A DNA stretch of 64,000 bases from the NCBI RefSeq assembly GCF_964355755.1, contig NC_092678.1:23019365-23083364 (forward strand), given 5' to 3'. Below, piece after piece: positions 11,831-24,400 of the stretch (position 1 is the first letter of the stretch; every line of letters begins with the position of its first letter). Source of the DNA: Antedon mediterranea (Eukaryota > Animalia > Echinodermata). The notes beneath the pieces were generated by a model. That model was given only the letters and a program-made list of their open reading frames with translations. It had not been told where the DNA came from and made no database searches. The position numbers were made by a program, and so were the translations under genes.

Positions 11831-13207
11831 TGGCAAAGAGAATTTCGGACATGAAATCGTACTTTCGCACATAACATTCATGATAAAATGGCACCGTCCT
11901 CCATCTACTTGCCCTGGAAATGACACAGAAATCAGCAAAATGATCAAACTTTTTCTGTCTGGTAAACACAATGACTAAACATTTGTTTGCATATGTTACA
12001 CTTACTACAGATGCGTGTTCTTTTTATGGGAACCGTTGATTGTTCAGTCAATCATTATTACTTTATTTCCACTAGATAATGATTCAGTACATGATATTGA
12101 TTGCTGTTATACTCAAAATTGTGTATAGCCCCCTCTATTACAATACATTCCACAAACATAACTCTGACTCACCTCATGTTTGTATTGTAATCAATATTGG
12201 CCTACGTTACTATTATACATACAGTAAATCTTCTAATTGTAACCCTGAGTTTTATTTTTAGGGTGGGACTATTAGAAGGGGGGTTACTATTACTAATCTT
12301 AAATTAGGCACTTGAAAATAGTAACCCACCTCCAAATTCTCCCATCAGCAACTCATAGCAAAATAATAAAACAGTACAAATAAACAAATTTGGGTGAACT
12401 ATAACTTTATTTTATAAACTCAAAAATACTCAATCCTCCCTCACTCCCGAGATCAACATGCATTATCTCCTTATTTTCAAAATTACTTACTTGAACAGCC
12501 CATCAGGGATTACCATTGCCTCAGTATAGATTTACTATATTTCTTTATCTCCTTTCAGGTTTCACTTCATAACCACATCAACTCACATAACAATTATTCG
12601 CAATAAATTGACAGCTGAGTAAAGAGCTCAATAATGTACTGAAGTGTATTTACTCTCATTAATGTATAATAATACAATAATGTATTTATTTAATAATGTA
12701 CAGTATTTACAATAATGTATTTATATTTAAGTGTGTATGTATTATTTTTCACTGTAAACTTGTTGCACTGAGACTGTGCCTCTGATTTAAAAGAGATACA
12801 ATAAAAGTTCAGTTCAGTAGGCTATACAGCTTAACAATTCAATAATCAATTCTAATCTATAATTTATCACTTCTCGGTATCAATTGTGTTGTATATTTTC
12901 ATATCTAGATTCTAGGTGGTATTTCTTTGATCACACAAGTTACCATATGACACCCAAAAAAAGAAATGGCTCTCCACAATAAATGCCTCCCTCCCGGGAA
13001 CAATTAACACCTCAGGTCGTATATTAATTAGTGTACATACAGCTACATACTGTATAATATACCATGGTGAAATGATGTGTGACAAATCAGATTATGCTTA
13101 ATAATTGACACACCATGAAGTATCTCCATAAACACGTGCCGTGGCAATCAATTCACAGTACAATAAAAAACATAAACAGGTAACAAGCAAATCGATTTGG
13201 TTTTTAC

Positions 13208-13290
13208 CGTCTTGTTTCTGCTGCTAAGAAATTAGGGTTAATTTCACACGGTTATTAACCTGTTACTTTTTTGCAGCAGAAACAGGACAT
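13208..13290. mobile_element. ~80-bp Harbinger-like micro-MITE
   Basis: Inverted ends GTCTTGTTTCTGCTGC / GCAGCAGAAACAGGAC, same TIR family as 38536-39341. Confidence 0.6.
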
Positions 13291-16200
13291 TACACGTGGT
13301 GCGTGCGGCGATTCCATCTTCCCCCCGGGAATAAAAATTGCTCAAACATCTGTTTGATGTTATGTCATGCTAAAGAGTTCAAAAGATTCCATAATAATAA
13401 CAATCAAACATTCATATTGCGGCAATTTTAATTTTATTTATTCTACTTTTTAAAAGAATCAAAAGTGCGTATAATGTTTGACAAGAGGGAACAATTTAGA
13501 TTAAAGCTGAGGAATTCAACTGAATCACTGGTTATGCTAAATTAAATTTCTTCCCAACAATCTGAAAACACTACATGTTTTTTATTCTGTTTTCATTCTG
13601 AAAGTCAGATGTTCCGGCGTTTGTAAACAAGACAATATCCTAAATATAGGTGTGAGGCAAGGTCACTCACATCTGTCTAGCTACTTGAAAATTAATTACT
13701 TAAACAGATCATTTGATCTGGTTCAATGTCCAGTGTCTTCCTCAAAGTCCAGTTTTCACAACATAACCAAGGCTGTGTTCAGATGTTAACCTGTGTCTTA
13801 AGGTGTAAAAGGTCACTTGGATCATCTGTATGGTTACATTACAACGTACTACCCATACATATTTTAACTGCCTGCTCTCTTCCATCCAGTTTCCCCACAA
13901 TTCAGACTTTTACAGTACAGTTAGTAGTAGATGTAACACATTATCATAATCATACTCCAACACTCCCGGTTTTGCACGAATGGAAAGGATATTCCCCACA
14001 CATACCCACCACGCGATATCGCTTGTGACATCTTACACTGACAGATAGAAGCCGCTGTTGACACCAACAAAAACATCATCTCCCGATTGTTTAATTTCAG
14101 ATATTGCTATGTATGCATTATTCAAATGTTTTCAATCAAAACCAAATCCTGTGTAAAATTATATATATACTATTCACACTTCCATACTGTATCTTTATAA
14201 AGCACACACCGACTACTTGTTAACCACTAAATAATTATTTGCATTGTGAATGTGATTACCTTTATGGATCACCTAAGCTGTTGATAGACCGTGTTTATAT
14301 TCAAAGCATCCACATAATCTTGTCTGTTGTACAAACAAGTCAACAGATGTCAATGTTACTATCAATCAATATTTATTTATTTATTTATTTATTTGGAATT
14401 ACACCTTTAGATCGGTGGCACACTTAGCACAAAGGTGCATCCTTCACAATATAAAATATAACAATTAACAGAAAAGTAAAAAAAAGGCAAAAGCAACTAA
14501 CTATCAACCCCTATCCTACCCCTACCCCCCCCCCCAATTTACATCGATACATACAGTAGATCATTACTTTACACAATGAATACAAAACAAGATATAGTAA
14601 AAGTGTATGAAATAAAATAAAATCAACTGATAAACACAGCTTATTACGAAACCCCCCCCCCCCCCCCCCCCCACTTTTTTTTTCAATTTACTACCAGCAA
14701 CATGCATGACTTAACATTATATGGCGATTAATCAATTATGTCTTAACATATAATTCATTAATTATACCTCAGCGTTTATCTGTAATTATTGCTGTCATCA
14801 GCAGAATTATTTAGAAAACAAACCATGAAATTGAAACCAATAAGTACAGTAATTTATTTCTTTGTAAAGCCTACTTTAAATAACCCTAACAACTTTGTAA
14901 AGCAATCGCCTTTCCAGGATGCATCACATATAAAATATTTGTCATTGTTGTCTTTGGTTTATTTCAGAAATATTTATTTCATTTACTCTAAATATCAGAA
15001 CAAGTCAATAACAAATTAATACATTTATTCATCACATTAATGACAATATGGAGCGAGTCAAATGAATAATTTTATAGTACTGTCCCATTGACCATAATTA
15101 TACCTACAGTAATAACAACTTCTATATTTTAATACATACCTGATAGTTTATGTATAGTACTACTATGTTACAGAATGTATCTAGTTATAACAACATCAGA
15201 CAGCAGCTCCTACTGTACAATACACGGTATACACGGTTCACAGGTATTTATAACAAGATTATAGGTCACTGATCTGTGGAAAATGTGGCCAGTAGGCGCG
15301 ACTTAATGATTGACATAATCTCATAATTGACGTAACATATCAAGTATTAATCCTTTCCCTCCATTCAGAATCTCTATCAATAATATTTACAATCAATTGA
15401 TAGTCAAGTACAATGACAATTCATGGTAAATATTATACTGTAACTCAATATGCAAAGTGTATTATGCCATTACCGTTCTACCATCTTTTATACCTCCATG
15501 GTTCTACTGATTCAATAACTTAAGATATACTGTAATAATCCACGTCTATATTGTGGCCAAACCTGATCAAATGCATATTCTGTTTTCAGAAATTTGCTAA
15601 ACAAAATGAGTATTTTTATTAACATTTTTTTATAATACATCACAAATATTGGATTTCCTTCCAAATAGCCTACCGTATTAATATAGTAAACTAAGTAACT
15701 TGGTAGTTGCTCTAAACATATTGATAGAAAAACGTCAAGAAACTCAACAGTTCTTTTCACAACTAATATACCAAATCACCTTGTTGACACACGATAGGAT
15801 ATCACCTTTTGGCCAATCTATCTCCAAAAATATCTCTTTCACAAAACCACATTTGGCCTTTTGTAGACAAACAAAAGAAAACGTCCACAACGTACTGTAG
15901 GTGTGATGCAAGATCACTCACATTAATTATCTGTCTGGCTACTTGTTGTATTTATTGAAACTAATATTATAACATCAATTCCCTTATTGTTTTCAATTAC
16001 ATGGCTTCCTCCCCAAATAATTCTGCTGATGACAGCAATAATCACAGATAAACACCATTGTTATTGTTATTATATGCAACAACATTCAGCATGAGGGAAT
16101 AATTTATTTCGCTCACCTTTCTGGGATCACTCAATCCACTGATGTGACATATTTGTCTTTGTTGATACAAATAAAAATAAATAATGGCCTGATTAATGTC

Positions 16201-17057
16201 CTGGGTTATTTCTGATTTATTGATTTCATTTAACAGAAGTGCCAAATGTGCCACAATTGAAGAATTGCACGACAGAAATGAACAATTAATAAACACGACC
16301 GGAAATCACCTTGAATCCAAAATTTCCCATTTTCCTCTAAAGACATTATTAAACACAATATTGTTTCATGGTTTGCATGGCAAGGAAATCAACCAACTTC
16401 CTAATCTCTGTTCACTTTCTTTACAACCAATGCAATAAATTCAAAATTATACAATACATTCCCATCAACAAAATTGTTTCCAAGTCCACATTTTATGGTC
16501 ACAACTTCATTGTCATTTATTCAGTGTGTTACTTCAAAATATATTTATATTTCAATAGTTCTGATTATTGTTTTGTTTTTTTATGATGATTAAACTCCTA
16601 TCATTATTTGAACGGCTATTGAAACTAATTCCTTTGTGCTTATATACAATGACAGTTATTAAACAAATATTCCATAACTAGTTAAACCTATGAACAATGT
16701 GTAGAGGTATATCAGCTCATTACGCTTAAATCCGATACTAGTAATAGTTGAATACATTTGGGAAAATTACACTTAAACCAACAGTAGTGTTGTTGTTTAC
16801 TGCCAACAAATTATTATCTGAATTAAATATGATACAGTAGTAGACACCCGCCCATCACTATGGAAACCAATGTGATTTTACTTGTTTAAAAACATTGATG
16901 TTACCGAAGGCTTCTATAAGTATTCCCAAGTTCACTTATTCACGCACTTGATATTCCCCCAAATGCCAAATGTTTCCAATTGCAACTTATCCCAGATTTT
17001 TAATAGTGACTCTGCCTCTCGTTTGGTTCATTCCCACATTGCAATTTGCCACTTTAA

Positions 17058-18545
17058 AGGGGGATTCTGGGTTTAAAATTGCTTTTAAATATCGTTTATT
17101 TATTAAATAAAAAAAAATATAACAATATAGACATGTCGGAATGAAGAAGTAATAACGAGAAATTTAAAAAATTTAATTTCATATACATTTTAGGGTAAAT
17201 TCATGGAAAGTCCTGTTTTTCAGCAGCTTAGGGAAGCTCATTAATATTCATGAGATATTCACAAAATCACGTCACCAGTGGATTCCAAACTCGCGACGTC
17301 ATGTACGTTGTGTTTGTCAACTAGGCCTAATTTACATCTCTCTTCCCTGTCAAACGACGACCACCCGATCATTGTGAAATACATTTTTTGTAGATTTTCT
17401 AAGCTAGGCCTAAAGTGTAATAATAACAGTAGTAGCATATATTTATTTGACATTTAATGAAATACAAAATTTAGTACAAATTACGGAGTCATAAAGTATA
17501 CTATTTTTATACCTCTATAGTACAGATCGTATTATCGGCTTCACGTACAATACTACTCTAGGCCTAGCCTAATGGGCGAGAGCCATTCTGACTATAGGGA
17601 TTCCATGCCACGATGGCTACGTTAAAACAATGGGGCCCATGGGCCTAGCTAGCCTACTGCTACTAGACGATTGGCCCATAAATAACAAAACCCATCCTAT
17701 CAACCAAAACAATCTAAACCTAAAAGTTAAAACGTTCTACAAAATCGGCTGTAAATATTGAAGCAAAACAAGGTCCGATCGCCGTCCACATGTATGGTGT
17801 CCCGATCGTCTAAGTAGGCCTAAAATAGGCTTAGTTTACTCTCCAAAAAAGCGGATACTCATGCATCAAGCAAGTAGACCAGGTAGTAGGAAGGAGATCT
17901 AGCTGATCCGGCCCAGTTAAAAATTGAGCTAGAGTGTAGTAGACCCTATGCGAATTGATACTACCAGGCCTTTTACTATAGGCTGCACTACAAAAATATT
18001 CCAACTCTCTCATTCGAGCTATATTATCTATACCATTCCGGTCGGTCGAGTTGACCTTCCATCAAATACTGTACATCGTTCATGTTGTGATTATAGACGG
18101 GGTATACTCGACCCGACCAGTTTGGTATTGTATATTGTATCTGCTTATCACGTGACGATGCCAGGCATGGTGGGCAGCAGAGAGAGCACGTGTATCGTCG
18201 TCTCGCTCGATCGATCCTCAGCAGGAGGAATGTACAGTATACGTTACGCTTCATTGATTTTGATTTTTCCCTAAGTCGGTGCGAAACATATCTAATTTTT
18301 CACTGTTACAAAAGTAATTGATATGGTTAATGATAACGAGTCGTCGGAAGATGGACCATTTCACGAATTTCCTATTTTGTAACCACAGTGTGATTTTGCC
18401 GTAGCTGCACTTGTAATCTGGCCTGATTTCACAGCCTTCGTTCTGCTTCACTGGGCGCTTATATAAATTGAAACTTTTACCGTTCAAGAGACAAACAAAT
18501 ATATTTTACATTTTTTACTATTCATTTTAAACCCGGAACCCCCCT
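17058..18545. mobile_element. Non-autonomous Kolobok-like DNA transposon (~1.49 kb)
   Basis: TIRs AGGGGGATTCTGGGTTTAAAAT / ATTTTAAACCCGGAACCCCCCT flanked by TTAA on both sides; purine-purine termini. Confidence 0.8.
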
Positions 18546-19399
18546 TTAAAGTACCGTTGAGTTTCATGTTTTAAATTCAGCTCACTGTTTCTTTTACATA
18601 ACCTACTGTACAGTATGTTTTTTTTATTTTTAAAGTATCAGTTATTACTCGCATGTTAACTCATATTTCAAGAATAAACATTACTGTATTGGTCATGGAA
18701 TCTGTGATAGTGTGAAGCCCTTTTTATTTCATAACGATGTTGATAATATTTGTAGACTTCCATTGCCTTTTTAACCTTTTTAAAATCTTATTCTTGTCTT
18801 TTAAATATCTGTATTTCAGCCTTCTCATTTGGGGGATTTACAAAATAAATAATGGTTCATGGACTATACCATTTGTGGAGAGAGGCTTTCAATGAAATGT
18901 TCTGCTCTTCGAGGAGAAAGGGCTATTGTCGTTTTATCCAGGTAAGCTAGGCACGAAATAGACAAATAAATATCACACCTGGAATTCTATATAAAATACT
19001 AATAACAAAAATGAGTCTTCAATCTATTGTGAATAATTGGGATACCAGTATCCTTAGCTTACACAAATGTAGCTACCCGTCTTGCTTAATCACTTCATCT
19101 GTTACCTACATGTACAGTACAGTACTATATGGCTATGGGGGTCAACAGGGGACACAACATAACATGTTGGAATGGGAAAAACCTACAACAAACATAACAT
19201 TGTATGAACACTGGGATTAAAATACAACAATTCTTTCTCAATTACTTCATCTTCCATTTGCCTAATTCATAATTCAGAAAATCTTTAATACACTGCAGTA
19301 AAAATACGTAAAAAAAAAATACAGACAATATGTACAACTACAAGTTATAAAAAAAACTTTGGCAACATTTATACAAATAATTTAAATCAGTATGATGAT

Positions 19400-19600
19400 C
19401 CAGATGTTCTCTCCGTAAGTGGGTAAATTATCTTCAGACATGAGTAGCAATAGATTGAGAAACGAAAGTCTTGTTATAACGTTTAGTACGACTACGAGAT
19501 TGACGTATACAAATATTAGATGGGAGTTAAGTGTATTCTTTTAAAGAGGGTAGTCGTTTGGGAGAGAATACATTTAACCATTGAGAGAACACCTGCATCA
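19400..19600 (-). mobile_element. CR1/L2-type LINE 3' ORF2 remnant
   Basis: Minus frame RQSRSRTKRYNKTFVSQSI resembles the C-terminal RTxRYxxSFxP motif of CR1/L2 ORF2; stops present. Confidence 0.35.
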
Positions 19601-20326
19601 CACACTTCAATTAAAGGCCCTGCACTTTTTAGTGATCAACATAATCTAGCCTCCCAAATGACCAGACAGAAAGAAATTAAAACCATCTGGTTAATGGATT
19701 GAATCTGAGTGTAAAGTTATACAATACATTGACCTTACATATGTAAAATTCAAAAATTTTTAAATACAAACCATGATACAGCAATAAATGAATTATAATT
19801 TAGAAACACAATTTCCAGGCAAATATGGTTTTAATAAAAACAAAAAATGAGAACAGGATATGATATGATATCCCCAAGGTATCCCCATGTTAATACTGTT
19901 TATTCAATTCAGTTAGATTAAAAAAAACGTTAAACAAAGTTAATAACACGCGACTAATTTTAATAGAAAATTTGAATTATACAGACTTTAACATTTATAT
20001 TTTAATGTTGTTGTTCCAACAATGCACCTAATCTATGATTAGTACTACTGTACCAGAGAATTTCATTCACAATATAACTAACAACTTTCCATCACAAATA
20101 CGATTTACAAATTTCATTCACAAATTCGATTCACAAATATGGTTTAAACTGATTACATTGGAATTTCACTTAATCATTTAACAAATGATTTGATTACAAT
20201 ACCTAGGTAGTTTCAAGATTTAATAGCTGTCTAAATTATTTGATTGAAGGCACCCGTACAACAAAAATGCTGTTCTGAAGAGAATAGGGTTCAGCGGGAA
20301 ATGGCTCTCTCTTGGGAAATCGATGC

Positions 20327-21441
20327 TAAGTGGCTACTTATACACTTAAGTGGCTACTTATACACAGAAGTGGCTACTTATACACGTAGGGCCTGTTTCT
20401 ATTGAAAAATAAAAAAAGAACGGTTTTTTGGAAACCGGTTTCGGCTGTTGTTTATAAATAAAGATCGCGTTGCAGCTCAATTTTTACTCCAATAAAACCG
20501 GTTCCGTCCATGTGCGTTCGTTATGAATGACGTCATTATATACACCACAATGCAGTTCGTTAGGCGGAAGCGCGATTTGATCGTGGTCATGTTTACTTTT
20601 TTTCGCATAGCGCGATCCCCAAGAAATAGCATCCATTTCATCATAGAAGGGGAATTATTACCTGAAACGTTATTGTGGTCCTTGGTTAAAGTATAGGTAC
20701 GTCGCACCCTCTGATATTGTCAAGTTGAACTCGTCTATTTTTCACACGCTTTACAATATTCTTAAAAACATGTAGGCCTATACGTGAGTCTTTCTTCCGA
20801 CTCCCGACAAGTCCCCTCATCTTCTTTCCTTCACATATTTTTTACGAACCTCGTAATGGCATCGGTCAACATTTTTTAGTTAAATAAAATACTCACTATC
20901 TAGAGAAATAAAAATGACTTAGGCCTAGGTCCTATCGCGCGAGTTTGACTGCGAGATGACCGCAATCATCCCAGTGCAGCAGACTGCAGAGTTCAGTTTT
21001 TGGGGTCAAATTGAGACCGCGATTGTGTTGCAGCTAAAAATTGCTCCGCGGAAACCGGTTTCAGAACGGTTCTTTGCGATCGAGACCGCAATCAATTGGG
21101 GTTTTTGAAACCGTTTTTAAGATCGGTTCTTTTTTGTGGTTTTTTGTGGGGACCCATTTCTGCTGGCAAGAAAAAACGGTTCTTGAAAAGAACGGTATTC
21201 AAAACCGTATTCTCTGCTCTATAGAAACAGGCCCTTAAGTGGCTACTTATACACTTAAGTGGCTACTTATACACTTAAGTGGCTACTTATACACTTAAGT
21301 GGCTACTTATACACTTAAGTGGCTACTTATACACTTAAGTGGCTACTTATACACTTAAGTGGCTACTTATACACTTAAGTGGCTACTTATACACTTAAGT
21401 GGCTACTTATACACTTAAGTGGCTACTTATACACAGAAGTG
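20327..21441. repeat. 20-bp tandem repeat (TAAGTGGCTACTTATACACT), ~13 copies, split by a MITE
   Basis: 3 copies at 20327-20385 and ~10 copies at 21236-21441. Confidence 0.95.
20389..21234. mobile_element. PIF/Harbinger-type MITE (846 bp)
   Basis: TIRs GGGCCTGTTTCTATTGA / TCTATAGAAACAGGCCC; 3-bp target TTA (left copy mutated to GTA); subterminal AACGGT/AACCGGT repeats. Confidence 0.85.
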
Positions 21442-24400
21442 TGATTAATAAATATTAATACGTCCACAGGTGGTCTAGCAGAAGCCAGCAATAAGGGCTT
21501 TTTCACACATACAGTACAGTAGGCCGGAGTTCATGAATTACTGCAATATTACCGTCTTACAGCTCTGTGTGAAATGGGCTTTAGTGTTACTGATTAGCTC
21601 TAAAACTGACATATTACACTAAATAGTAAACTATGTTTTATTATTTATTATCCTTTAATTCCTTATACTTAAATAGTTTACAGTTGCATCAAATGCTTAA
21701 TAGTATAGACATCAAATAACAATTACATTGCTATACAGTGAAACTGTAATCCTTGTAGAAGAACACCTTTATGGTGACACAAGCTTTTCCGTGTTAAAAT
21801 AAAGTATTTATTATTATTATACAACATAACTCTTTTCCATAATTTCCAGAATTAATTAATGTAGCCGACAAGTGTCACATGTCCATGCATGAACTATGAA
21901 TATACCTTCAATGATTATCTAGTCACCACAATAAATGAGTGGGTGGGTGTTGCATTGTATTCACAACAATTACAGCCTGGTACAGCATTGTACTATAGTC
22001 AAATAAACAGATCGGAAAAGAAGGGAGGGCGGTTAGGAAGCAAATTGCTTTATTTCAGACTTCATTGTTTCTGAGATTAAAAATGTATTAACATAAATTA
22101 GGAAAACACTTCCAATCCATCAACCACTACTGTAAACTACACTAAATATGTTTCTTGATAATGTGATAACAGTAGGTTATTGCATAGCTTGGTAGAATCA
22201 GTTTCTCTGAGTGAGAGTTAATCTATTTTGGTACTATGTGGTTAGTAAGAGCTTAACTACGTCTACATATTAGTTAAATTGTTTATGCCAACAAACTATT
22301 TTTCGACACCCACATTTTAATGCCCATATAAGGAAAATCTAATATAGGTACCTGGAATTCTATACAAAACAATTTTCTAATAACTACAATTAATCATCTA
22401 TTGTATTGTGAATATCACCCCACATGTATATCCTTAGCTTCAATTTGTCGGCCTGTGTTCCTTAACAGATAGATCTTTTACAACCTAGAACTTCAACTAT
22501 GCAGGTCATTAGGGTCAATAGGGGTCACAATATAAAGACACTGTTGTAAAGACAAAAATCGAATACATACATACAGTACATATGTATGACAAATGAGAGA
22601 CCTTCATAAGACTTTGTGTTTATCACAACAATGTACATGTTAACAACAATGACACAGCAATAAATGAATAATAATTTAGAAACAAACACACAAAAATTTT
22701 AATTAATAAGTAGATTAAGAAATTACACAAACCAGAAATGGTGTTGGTAGTCTATGAGTGCCGCTTACCTGGATAAACCCGTCATTAGCCCTTTTCCACG
22801 AAGTGCGAAACAATTACGAAAAGAAGAATTTTGCGGTAGCTCACCTCCATGATAAATGGGATAGTCCGCTATAGCGCCCTCTTGTGGGACCACTCCCACG
22901 TAATACCGTCATCATTTCTTTTCGTATCGTCATATCGACAAGACACAAAGTTTTGAAGAGAAGATTTCTCGAATTCTAAAGAATTCAGCCAAGAAGCTAG
23001 CTAAGGCTAAATATGTTCAACACAGTCAGTTTAAACATGCGAGTAATTTTTTATTTAATAGATGGATGCATTATACGGACCAACCTATATCGTTGTATCA
23101 AATGATTATTTCCTAATGTTGTTACTAATATATACTTTATCAACACACACTTAACTTATAAAGTGGCACAACATTGAATTCAACCAATAGCTAAATTTAA
23201 GACTTTAGTCATTTTAGTAATATAAATTAATGATCATCATACTATAATTGAATTACCCTCATAAAATAACTGGCTATCCTTGGATTTACTTCTAAATCCA
23301 AGCAGCAATAATTGTCCACAAAAAAAACCATCTTCCGGACATAATTGAGCATTCACAACCAAATTATGGTGAGATCATATAGATAATCGAGTTAAATTAA
23401 CTAGCCATAGTTCGATGTGAATGCCACTATGGAGAAATGATGTATAGTATGACAAATACTATGATTGATCATTTGATCTATTTAACTAAATCGGATTACG
23501 CTTATGAACGCACCATGCATGGAGAAGCGCCATGACCGCGTGTGCATTGTCATTGTACAAAATGACAATGCATGGTATTACTATTAGAATCACTCAATAA
23601 GGTACTGTACTAAAGAGAGCAACAGCAATTAAACGTTTGCAGCTGATTAAATCTTGCCCAAAGGAATAACAATGTTAACAACATCAAACAGCATATATTC
23701 AACAGATGTCATTACCTACTGTACAGACTTTAATATTATTAAATTAAAAATATAACAAAAACATTAATAATAATAATAATAATAATAATTATTATAAAAC
23801 ATTTAATTCAATTCAATTCAACTTAACATTTATTTCTTCCTTCAAGAAAATGAGGTAAACATTATAAATTCCAGTAAAATATAAAACGAGTCAAGAATGA
23901 AAAAATTGATGATTAAAAAGTATAATACAGTTATCAATAAAAGGAAGTAGGCAGTACCCAAGAAGATAGAAATCTTGTGGCGGGCCAGCCTATTACAGAT
24001 ACAGGTAATACGGACTAAATTTCAAAATAACAGGATGTATGGACAGGGACATTTATATTGCGGCAAAACAAATTCAATTATCAAAGGCGCACTGTCCCCT
24101 AAAATATGCTAAACAAATAAGAATAAACAGTGGGTGTAAAGAGACAATGCACCAACTCGGGGTCCAACTACAAATGGCTTCTTTAAACATTCATACATAA
24201 TGGTGCTTTTTTCAATAAATTAACCTATTAAAATTAAATTTCAATTCCTAGATCCATTGTTTAATAATGTACCAAGTGATAATTAAATATGTATTTTCAT
24301 AATCTTTGAGGACAGAACATTGATACACTTTACAACACTGTACAAAGTCAATAAATATAATTGATCCATTCACATCAACGAACTAATCAAATACCTAATA

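Noticed and set aside
22763-22850. U1 snRNA gene (CTTACCTGG..CACGAAG..AATTTTGCGGTAG)
   Set aside because: Spacing is wrong, stem-loops II-III are absent and the Sm-like site is not kept in other copies; left only as one alternative in the module finding
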